A stretch of 32,928 bases of DNA, from positions 1 through 32,928 of IMG/VR virus record IMGVR_UViG_3300017912_004314, one strand, 5' to 3'. Under the pieces are notes generated by a model. The model saw only the letters and a program-made list of their open reading frames with translations, was not told the DNA's origin and did not search any database. This DNA comes from a virus. Lineage: Duplodnaviria; Caudoviricetes. Of the stretch, positions 24,906 to 32,928 are shown piece by piece (the first letter of the stretch is position 1; every line of letters begins with the position of its first letter). Position numbers and translations under genes: made by a program.

Positions 24906-26371
24906 TGACAGCAAAGATAACAAATAACTTTAATTCTTTTGTAGCTAAAGCTGTAAGAGATAATTTAAAAGACATTGATAATGAAGATGTTTATTATGCT
25001 TTTTTAAGTTTTAACAATGATTCTGATTTACAAAGATATACTGATTCAGATGGTATTGACGAAGATGCTGAATTTGTAGGTGGATCAAATTCAACATTCA
25101 ACGCAGATGACAAAGCATATTATTTGCAACATTCTATTACAGCTCACAAATTACAAAAAGGAAATATTACTAGAGTAATACCTAGAGTAAACTGGACTAA
25201 TGGTACTAGATATTATGTTAACAATTATGTTATGGTATCAAGTGTAATAAGAGGTATTGCAAATTTAAACGTATATAAAGTATTGCATTATCCAAATGCA
25301 GTAAGTGCTGTTGCACCATCAGGAGATCAATCTACACCAATAACAACTTCTGACAAATATGTTTGGCAATATATGTATACTATCAATGCTTCTGATAGTT
25401 TAAGATTTGTTACTGATAACTTTATACCTGTACCTGAGAGAATCAAAGACAATGAAATATCTTCTTTAAATACAGGAACATCAAAGTATAAACAATTTCA
25501 AGTACAAAGAGACTCAGTTGTAGGTACAATTTATAATGTAACAATAAACGATAGTGATTGGGAAGTTTGGGCAAAAGACAACTATGGATCATTTTCAGAT
25601 ATTCCATCGTCTATAACATTAAGTGCAGAAAACTCTACATCAAATACACCTTCTAAAGTTTTTGCAGGTACAATAACTAAAAACGATAGTGAGTTTACAT
25701 TTAACTTAGTTACAAATGGTGCTGGATATAGTGAAGGTACAAAAATTAAAATTGGTTCTCTTTCACCAAATGGATTATCATCAGATGTGTCTCCAGGCAT
25801 GGGTCATGGAACTAATGCTCCTTTAGAACTGGGTGCAAAACATGTTATGATAAACATAAGAAATGTTCCAGACGAAGAAGTAGTTAAGTTTGCGAGAAAC
25901 AATTTTAGAATGGTTACGCTGATAAGAAATCCTATAGACAATGCTACATTAAAAACAGCTAAGAATGATTTTTATATTACGTGTAAATCATTTATAGGAA
26001 GTGATTCTGATGGTGGTAATACTACTTTCAACATTGGAGATATTGTTTCTACAGCAGATATTTCAGGTAATAATTATGATGATACAACAGCAAAAGTAGG
26101 AAGAATTGTAGCTGTAGATGTAAATAAAAAAGAATACTTTTATGTAAATTTAGGTAAAGTAAAAGATAATAAATCTTTTGCAGTAGATGATTTAGTTAAA
26201 GTTGTTACAACAGATGGAACAGTATCTGGTAATCCTTTATCTATTTCAAGCATTAACAATAGACAAATATTATACAATTCAGGTGATATTTTGATTAATG
26301 ATATTAAAGCAAATAATATTAGAAGAGCAAAAGATCAAATAGAATCGTTTAATTTTATCTTAACTTTTTAG
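24905..26371 (+). CDS. 8: Baseplate wedge gp8
   Basis: VIPR.NW..G, VYK, D.YVW.YMYTI, F.....IPV, GHG.N...ELGA, NP and SG.I..........R...Q.E...F.L.F motifs. Confidence 0.9.
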   Translation: MTAKITNNFNSFVAKAVRDNLKDIDNEDVYYAFLSFNNDSDLQRYTDSDGIDEDAEFVGGSNSTFNADDKAYYLQHSITAHKLQKGNITRVIPRVNWTNGTRYYVNNYVMVSSVIRGIANLNVYKVLHYPNAVSAVAPSGDQSTPITTSDKYVWQYMYTINASDSLRFVTDNFIPVPERIKDNEISSLNTGTSKYKQFQVQRDSVVGTIYNVTINDSDWEVWAKDNYGSFSDIPSSITLSAENSTSNTPSKVFAGTITKNDSEFTFNLVTNGAGYSEGTKIKIGSLSPNGLSSDVSPGMGHGTNAPLELGAKHVMINIRNVPDEEVVKFARNNFRMVTLIRNPIDNATLKTAKNDFYITCKSFIGSDSDGGNTTFNIGDIVSTADISGNNYDDTTAKVGRIVAVDVNKKEYFYVNLGKVKDNKSFAVDDLVKVVTTDGTVSGNPLSISSINNRQILYNSGDILINDIKANNIRRAKDQIESFNFILTF

Positions 26372-26379
26372 TATAAATA
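26372..26379 (+). promoter_or_regulatory. Late promoter TATAAATA, 4 nt before the ATG
   Basis: TATAAATA-CAAC-ATG in the 12-bp intergenic gap. Confidence 0.8.
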
Positions 26380-26383
26380 CAAC

Positions 26384-29300
26384 ATGGCAAATATTGATTT
26401 AAATATATCACCTTATTTTGATGATTTTGATGAAACTAAAGACTTTTTAAGAGTTTTATTCAGACCTGGTTTTCCTGTTCAAGCAAGAGAACTTACTACA
26501 GCTCAATCAATTTTACAAGAACAAATAAAAAGGTCTGGTGACTTTTTATTAAAAGATGGTGCAAGAGTTACAGGTGCTAAAATTGACTTTGATAAAAAAG
26601 CAAATAAATTAGAACTTACTGGTTCATCAAATGCATCCTTTCCAGCTTCTAGTGCAAGAGCAAGTTCTATACTTTCTAATATTGAAAACTTAGAAAACTT
26701 AGTTATTTCAAATACAGAAGGTACAGTAAAGGCTATTGTAATGTCAAGTCCAACAGGTACTATAAAATCAAACAATGTTGGAAATCTATACATAAAATAT
26801 ATTACAGCAGAACAATTTGATACCGGTGGTGGTTACATTTATGCTACTATAGCTGATAATCCAACTTTGTCTTCAGAATTATATAATACTTTTTCTTCAA
26901 CTAGTCCTTGTTCATTAGCACACATAGAAGAAGGTGTTTATTATGTTCAAGGTTTTTTTACAAGAGTAGCTCAACAAACTGTTGTAGTTGATAATACAAC
27001 AACATCACCAAGTGTTAAATTAGGTTTTACAGTTTCAGAAACATTAGTTACTCCTAATAATGATACAAGTTTGTTTGATAATGCAAGAGGATCTTCTAAT
27101 GAAGGAGCTCCAGGAGCACATAGACTACAACAATCATTATCATTTGGAATAAGATCACTTACTGCTGATACAGATCCAAACTTTTTTGAGGTGATGACGA
27201 TACAAGAAGGTATTGCAATACAACAAACTTCAAAAACAGATAATATTGGTGGTGGTTTAGCAAAAGCATTTAGTAGTAGATTGTATGAAACTTTAGGAAG
27301 TTATCAAATTACTCCTACAATATTAAACTTTAATTATACAGATAGTGATTCAACTTTTGCATATACACTTGATAGAATTATAGCTTATGTAAATGGAGAA
27401 AGATTTTCAACTGCTGGTAAATCAAATTTAGTAGCACCAAAATCTTTGAACACTGAAAGAATAAACAGTCAGTCTGTAACGCTAACAGGTGTGCCTTATA
27501 TTAACGTTGATATAGAAGTTAACAGCGCACTTCCAGGTTTTGTAAGTGCAACTTCAAACAATCCTCATTTACATACAAACAGATTGTTATTACAAGATTC
27601 AGATAATAAAACTTATGGTTATGCTAGAGCATATGGTATAGGTAATATTGGTCCTAACGACACAAGATTATATCTTTATGATGTACAATTTTTTCAAAAG
27701 TTGACTTTACAAGGTGCGCCTGCTACATTAGGTATTGGATATAATATTAAAACTGTTAATGATACAAGAGCTTATTATACAGAATTAGAAAACACTGCAG
27801 CTGCTTCAGACTCAGATTGGTTACATGATTCTGAAATATTTGTTATTGATTATAATAGAAATTTTAGAAAAGGTCAAGTAATTACATCTAACGTAGATAC
27901 AACTTTTAAGAAAACAATTGATAATGTAACAACTTTTGACTGGTCAAATATTACATATATAAGAGGAAAGTCAGGAACTTTTTATGCAAAAATAAAAAGT
28001 AATAGTAAAATACAAAACGACAATAGTCAATTAATAGGACAAGTACCAGGTATTGTTAGAACAGCTAGAGACAATGGTAAAGTATTTGATAATGATTTTG
28101 AATTGTTGATGCCTAATCCTCCAACAATATCTGCAACAGGTGGAACTATTGCTATTACTCCACAACCATCAGATACTTTCTTTTCAACAGCAACTGCTAA
28201 TGGTGATTATCAAAGAACTAGAATTGATGATGGAAATGAAATTACTAAAAAATTAAAGTATGCATATTTAAAAATAAGAAACGGAGCAGGAAGAACAACT
28301 TCAATAAATTATGGATGGACAACTAATGATAGAGAGATGACTTTAATATATTCAGATGTTCACAAAATTCAAGGTTTATCTCAAGGTACTGTTAATAATG
28401 AATTCTCACATTTTGATCAAATAGATATTAATATTGCTGGTGGTGGTATTATTCCTCAAGGTTCTGTAATAATTGGAAATACATCAAGAACTGTAGCAGT
28501 TGTTGCACTTTCAAATACAGATGTAAATCAGGTAGAATTATCTGATACAACTGGTTATCATACATCTAGATCTGGTACTGGATCTCCAACAGTTTTAGAA
28601 ATAATTAAAAGAGATGATACAAAAAACTTTATTGCAAATGAACAATTATTAATTTTGACACCAAATGATAAAGATCCTTTTAACAATGTAGTAACATTTT
28701 TTGGAAATAGATCAACTATTATTACAAATACAACAGAAGGTTTTGGTAATAGAGTTGAGTTACAATATTTTGTTGATGATGGACAAAGAGATCATATATA
28801 TGAAACTGGTAAGTTAATAAGAAAACAATTAATAGATCCTCCTACATCTGGAGATCTCACGGTTTTCTTTTCTTATTATGATGATGAAGATACTACAAAT
28901 AAATTTTATTATAGTGCAGATTCATATTCTACAGGTGGTTACAGCAAATCAAATCCAGTTTATAAAAAAGGTTCAACACCTATAAGAGGACAACAAGTTG
29001 TTAATGGTATCAATAGAAAAAATTTAATTGACTTTAGAAAAAAATTACAAGCTCACACAACAACAAGTCAAAATCCATTTGTTTTCAATCATAAAGTTTT
29101 TAATAACAGAACAAGTATACTTCCTGGAGTTGGTAATAGCTTTAATAGTAGATCTAAATTTACTTTTACGTATGATGAATATTTAAGTAGATACGATATA
29201 TTATATATTAACTCTGGTGCAAATAAACAAATAAGTAGACTTGGTGGTTTACCTTCTAGAAATCCTGAAGTTCCTAAATTTGATTCGTCTCTAGGACTAA

Positions 29301-30943
29301 AACTTGCAACAATTAAAGTACCAGGAGCTTTTAAAACTTTTGATAGACTAAAAGTTACTATTGAAAAAAATAAAAATTTTACTATGAGAGACATCGCTTC
29401 AATTGAAAGTAGATTAAAAAATCTAGAAAATGTTGTCTCTTTATCATTTCTTGAAACTCAAGCACTTGCTGAAGATGTAAATGATAGAACTAAATTAGGT
29501 TTTATTGTAGATGACTTTACAACTAAAACTGATGATGTAGTTCAAAATTTGTTACTTTCAACAGCTTTTGCATCAAACAAAGACAAAACTTTAAGACCAA
29601 GATCAGTAGCTACAACTGTTGATATGGAAATTTCTGATAGCACTAATGATGGATTAAGAAACAAAGGTATTGATCCTTTTTACTTTAATAATGGATTTAT
29701 TACTAAAACTTATACTCAATTTCCAAATGTTGAAAATGGAGACAATGAATATGTTTCTCAGCTACAAGCATCAGGAAGTATAAGAATTAATCCTCACTCT
29801 ACTTCTGTTTTTACAGGATATATTACATTAGATCCTCCTAGAGATACAACTAGAGTCAAAGCAAATAGAAATATAAAAAGATTTATCATTGATAGAGAAG
29901 GATTAGAAAATGACTCTGATGTTACGTTACAAGAGTTTGAAACTAATGTTAAACCAGTTCCAATGTCTGACACATGGGCAGGTGAATGGGAAAATTTAGG
30001 TGATGTAAGTACAGCAAGTTCTGAACAAGGCAATGTTGTTGTTACAGTAAAAACTCAAGCACAAATTAAAAATACATTCCAAAAACAACTTGTTACTAGA
30101 GATAAGGCTTCTACATTTGCAAGAGAAGATACATTCATAGATGTAAATGCTTTTGTACCATCAAGAGAAGTTATTTTTAATGTTGAAGGATTAAAACCAA
30201 ATACTACACACAATGCATTTTTTGATCAAAGAGATGTAACATCAAACTGTATTCAAGCAGATGATACAAGTGGTGATCTTACATTTATTAATAGTACAGT
30301 AGGTGTATTAAGAACTGATGAACTTGGTTTAATAAGAGGTAAATTTACAATACCACCAGCAATATTTAAAACAGGAACTCATATTTTTACGTTAAAAGAT
30401 AGTACTGGAATATCAATTGCAAAAGCAAAATATATTGCAGGAGCAACTTATGATGTTGGTACATTATCAAAATTTAGAACTGAAGGTATTGAAGACGTTG
30501 TAGTTGATACTGAAGCTAGAGTTAAAACATTTGATACTGTCATTACTTATAAAGGAAATGTTGTAAAAACTGATAATAGTGAACAAGTTTGGGGTGAAGA
30601 TACTCCAGGTGTATCACAAATTTCAGATTACATGGATGACATACACTCATCTAATATGATATCTGATCCTTTTGAACCTGCTTCAAATGGAACAATTGAC
30701 TACAGTGATTTTTCAGTTGCTAACAGTTACACAGGACATGATGGAATTGATGGACATGTTTCAGCTGTAGCAAATGATGTAGGTAGTAGTTACGCTGACG
30801 ATACAAGTTATTCTCCACCATCAACAAATAGTATTTATAGTAATGATGCAAATGATAGTGGAAATAGTGATGGTGATGGACATGATGGTACTGATGGCGG
30901 TTTTGGAGGACCTGATAATGATACTGATCACGGAGGAACTTAA
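26384..30943 (+). CDS. Large VrlC-like (DUF4815-type) virion structural protein, N-terminal part
   Basis: LN.SPYFDDF..K.F.RVLFRPG.PVQARELT..QSILQ.QI, L.DNA.G.SN..APGAHR, TMRDI..IE.R..NLE...SLS.LE, GF.VDDF and GLKPNT....FFD motifs. Confidence 0.85.
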   Translation: MANIDLNISPYFDDFDETKDFLRVLFRPGFPVQARELTTAQSILQEQIKRSGDFLLKDGARVTGAKIDFDKKANKLELTGSSNASFPASSARASSILSNIENLENLVISNTEGTVKAIVMSSPTGTIKSNNVGNLYIKYITAEQFDTGGGYIYATIADNPTLSSELYNTFSSTSPCSLAHIEEGVYYVQGFFTRVAQQTVVVDNTTTSPSVKLGFTVSETLVTPNNDTSLFDNARGSSNEGAPGAHRLQQSLSFGIRSLTADTDPNFFEVMTIQEGIAIQQTSKTDNIGGGLAKAFSSRLYETLGSYQITPTILNFNYTDSDSTFAYTLDRIIAYVNGERFSTAGKSNLVAPKSLNTERINSQSVTLTGVPYINVDIEVNSALPGFVSATSNNPHLHTNRLLLQDSDNKTYGYARAYGIGNIGPNDTRLYLYDVQFFQKLTLQGAPATLGIGYNIKTVNDTRAYYTELENTAAASDSDWLHDSEIFVIDYNRNFRKGQVITSNVDTTFKKTIDNVTTFDWSNITYIRGKSGTFYAKIKSNSKIQNDNSQLIGQVPGIVRTARDNGKVFDNDFELLMPNPPTISATGGTIAITPQPSDTFFSTATANGDYQRTRIDDGNEITKKLKYAYLKIRNGAGRTTSINYGWTTNDREMTLIYSDVHKIQGLSQGTVNNEFSHFDQIDINIAGGGIIPQGSVIIGNTSRTVAVVALSNTDVNQVELSDTTGYHTSRSGTGSPTVLEIIKRDDTKNFIANEQLLILTPNDKDPFNNVVTFFGNRSTIITNTTEGFGNRVELQYFVDDGQRDHIYETGKLIRKQLIDPPTSGDLTVFFSYYDDEDTTNKFYYSADSYSTGGYSKSNPVYKKGSTPIRGQQVVNGINRKNLIDFRKKLQAHTTTSQNPFVFNHKVFNNRTSILPGVGNSFNSRSKFTFTYDEYLSRYDILYINSGANKQISRLGGLPSRNPEVPKFDSSLGLKLATIKVPGAFKTFDRLKVTIEKNKNFTMRDIASIESRLKNLENVVSLSFLETQALAEDVNDRTKLGFIVDDFTTKTDDVVQNLLLSTAFASNKDKTLRPRSVATTVDMEISDSTNDGLRNKGIDPFYFNNGFITKTYTQFPNVENGDNEYVSQLQASGSIRINPHSTSVFTGYITLDPPRDTTRVKANRNIKRFIIDREGLENDSDVTLQEFETNVKPVPMSDTWAGEWENLGDVSTASSEQGNVVVTVKTQAQIKNTFQKQLVTRDKASTFAREDTFIDVNAFVPSREVIFNVEGLKPNTTHNAFFDQRDVTSNCIQADDTSGDLTFINSTVGVLRTDELGLIRGKFTIPPAIFKTGTHIFTLKDSTGISIAKAKYIAGATYDVGTLSKFRTEGIEDVVVDTEARVKTFDTVITYKGNVVKTDNSEQVWGEDTPGVSQISDYMDDIHSSNMISDPFEPASNGTIDYSDFSVANSYTGHDGIDGHVSAVANDVGSSYADDTSYSPPSTNSIYSNDANDSGNSDGDGHDGTDGGFGGPDNDTDHGGT

Positions 30944-32790
30944 TGATAGGTAGTATTGCACAAACTTTTACATTACCAGGAGTTTTTGCTCAAAGTTTAG
31001 GCTTTGATTCTAATGGTGTTCCTTTCAAACAAAATACAAGTAACAACGATAACTCAATAGCAGTAAGAGATGCATGTTTTGTTACAGCTGTAGATTTGTT
31101 TTTTGATTATGTTGATCTAAATGCAAATCAAAATTATGTTAGAGTTGAAATAAGAAATACAAGAGCTGATGGAACTCCAGGAGATGTAGTAGTTGGTTAC
31201 TCATCAAAATTTTTAACTGACAGTGATGGATCAGCTGTAGGTAGAGCTGTTGCTTCAACAAGATCAAATTTTAGATTTAACTCTCCTGTATATCTTTTAG
31301 CTAATAAAATTTATGCATTAGTTGTAAAAACAAGATCTCCTCTTACAAGTTTATATGTTTCTGAGTTAGGACAATCAGACATTACTGCTGGTAAAGGAGG
31401 ACTTATTAATAGACCACCTGTTATTGGACAAGCTGGTGGAACTTTATATACATCTGATAATAGCTTTACATATACTGCAAACCCAACTAAAGATATGAAA
31501 TTTAGATTATACAAAGCTAAATTTGACACTTCAACAAATGAATTTAGTTTAAAAAGTAAAACATCAAAATTAGCAATCAATATTGGTAAACACAGTGATG
31601 GATTACCAATAAGAGTATTCAAACATTCTCCATATGTTTTAATAAAACATGCTAATCATGGTATGTATGGAGCTAATCAAAAAGTAGTTATATCAGGAGC
31701 AATAGGTCCAAATGGAACTGATAATATTGGAGGTGTTCCTGTAAGTGAAATTAATAATCAAAAAGATGCTGCTTTAGATGGCTTCGTTAATTCACATGAA
31801 GTGTTGTTTCCATATCAAGATGGATATTTTATTAAAGTAACAAAAAATGCTACAGCAAATGCTGATGGAGGTGGTTATAATGTATTAGCTACTTCTAATT
31901 TACAATATAATAATTTATACTCAAACATTAATGCAATTACAAATGAATTTACAAGAGTTGATGCTAAAATTAAACAAACATCTGGAACTACATTAGATAA
32001 TAAAATTATTAACAGATTAAAAGTTTTAGATACTACTTACAAAGATTATAGAGCATCTGGTGTAAAGGATGATAATTTTACACACATTGAAGTAGATAAA
32101 AATAATTATTATGATAAACCAAAGATTGTTCAGTCTTCAGTTAACTCAACTTTAAATTCATTGGATATGAATATAATAATGAATACAGCTAATGAAAATT
32201 TTTCTCCAGTAATTCCAGTTGAATCATCTTCGTTTGGTATTGTTAATAAAATTAAATTACTTAGAAACAAAACTGGTATAAGTCCAGATGATTCTGATGT
32301 TGAAAACTTTTACAGTGATTTCAATATTTTAAGAGCTAATGATAGTGATTTGTTAAACGAAAATGATTCTGAAAATGATGATAAACAACAAAAAGTATCT
32401 TCATACTTATCATCACTTTATTCTGCGTCTAATGATCACAGTGATTATATTACAAAAACTACAAGTTTAGAAACTCCTGCAGATACTTTGATTGTTAAAT
32501 TTTCAGCTGATATGAATCCTTCTAACATTATTGAAATTGCTTTTAAAGCAAAAAGATTAGGAGATTCAAAAAACATTGATGATCAACCATTTGAAAATTT
32601 TAAACTTAACCAATTTATTAACGAAACAAATTATGGGGAATTTAATTCAGGTGAAGACTTTAGAGAATACTCTGCAGAACATAGTGTTGGTGAAGATTTT
32701 TCAGACTTTATTGTAAGAATTAGAATGAAAACAAAGAACGAAGCATTTGTTCCAAGAATAAAAAATTTAAGGATAATAGCAGTTGCATAA
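30943..32790 (+). CDS. VrlC-like virion structural protein, C-terminal part as a separate ORF
   Basis: Starts IAQTF..FVTAVDLFF, then F.F..PVYL....YA.V, D.KF.LY.A.F, H.NHGM, SPVI, YITK...L and a terminal P.IK.LR.IA.A. Confidence 0.8.
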   Translation: MIGSIAQTFTLPGVFAQSLGFDSNGVPFKQNTSNNDNSIAVRDACFVTAVDLFFDYVDLNANQNYVRVEIRNTRADGTPGDVVVGYSSKFLTDSDGSAVGRAVASTRSNFRFNSPVYLLANKIYALVVKTRSPLTSLYVSELGQSDITAGKGGLINRPPVIGQAGGTLYTSDNSFTYTANPTKDMKFRLYKAKFDTSTNEFSLKSKTSKLAINIGKHSDGLPIRVFKHSPYVLIKHANHGMYGANQKVVISGAIGPNGTDNIGGVPVSEINNQKDAALDGFVNSHEVLFPYQDGYFIKVTKNATANADGGGYNVLATSNLQYNNLYSNINAITNEFTRVDAKIKQTSGTTLDNKIINRLKVLDTTYKDYRASGVKDDNFTHIEVDKNNYYDKPKIVQSSVNSTLNSLDMNIIMNTANENFSPVIPVESSSFGIVNKIKLLRNKTGISPDDSDVENFYSDFNILRANDSDLLNENDSENDDKQQKVSSYLSSLYSASNDHSDYITKTTSLETPADTLIVKFSADMNPSNIIEIAFKAKRLGDSKNIDDQPFENFKLNQFINETNYGEFNSGEDFREYSAEHSVGEDFSDFIVRIRMKTKNEAFVPRIKNLRIIAVA

Positions 32791-32928
32791 TAATTTAAAA
32801 AGAATAAACGGAGCAATAATTAATATTGATCCATCTGTCAAAAATAAAATAAGGATTAGAAAAGAAAAAGAAAAAAGACTTGATATGATGGAAGAAAAAT
32901 TAAATAAGATAGAAAACTTATTAATAAA
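32783..32928 (+). CDS. Partial small coiled-coil protein following VrlC (TTG start; runs off the window)
   Basis: Manual translation MHNNLKRINGAIINIDPSVKNKIRIRKEKEKRLDMMEEKLNKIENLLI...; AAGGA SD; GAIIN + coiled-coil pattern typical of the gene after VrlC. Confidence 0.65.
   Translation, partial: MHNNLKRINGAIINIDPSVKNKIRIRKEKEKRLDMMEEKLNKIENLLI

Noticed and set aside
1-32928. tRNA, rRNA, introns, inteins, integrase, reverse transcriptase
   Set aside because: Intergenic gaps are too short and no such motifs were recognised by eye. Covariance or HMM searches were not run.

Overview
A very AT-rich, gene-dense 33 kb segment of a T4-like myovirus. Gene content and order resemble marine cyanophage/pelagiphage-type T4-likes, and an alphaproteobacterial host is only inferred. 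The left end (minus strand) is a replication/late-transcription block: gp32 SSB, gp59 loader, gp33, a PD-(D/E)xK exonuclease and a ClpX-family AAA+ ATPase lacking the zinc-binding domain. The rest is mostly the tail/baseplate module: gp2, gp54-like, gp26, gp51, a tape-measure candidate, gp4, gp48, gp53, hub, gp5, gp25, gp6, gp7-like, gp8 and a split VrlC-like protein. Between gp5 and gp25 it is interrupted by a holin-lysozyme cassette, an inverted fibre-like gene and an island of early genes driven by two repeated sigma70-type promoters. The most notable observations are: (1) a D-S-[D/E] tripeptide is heavily enriched in a subset of virion proteins and is encoded by mixed codons, suggesting a modification sequon or ion-binding motif; (2) a T8 slippery site joins gp26 to an unannotated gp51 ORF in the -1 frame directly upstream of the tape measure gene, like lambda G/GT; (3) a rewired phage ClpX; (4) a minimal MscS-like gene inside the tail operon; (5) late promoters exactly 4 nt before ATG, suggesting leaderless mRNAs. 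All calls come from motif recognition and synteny; no database search was run.
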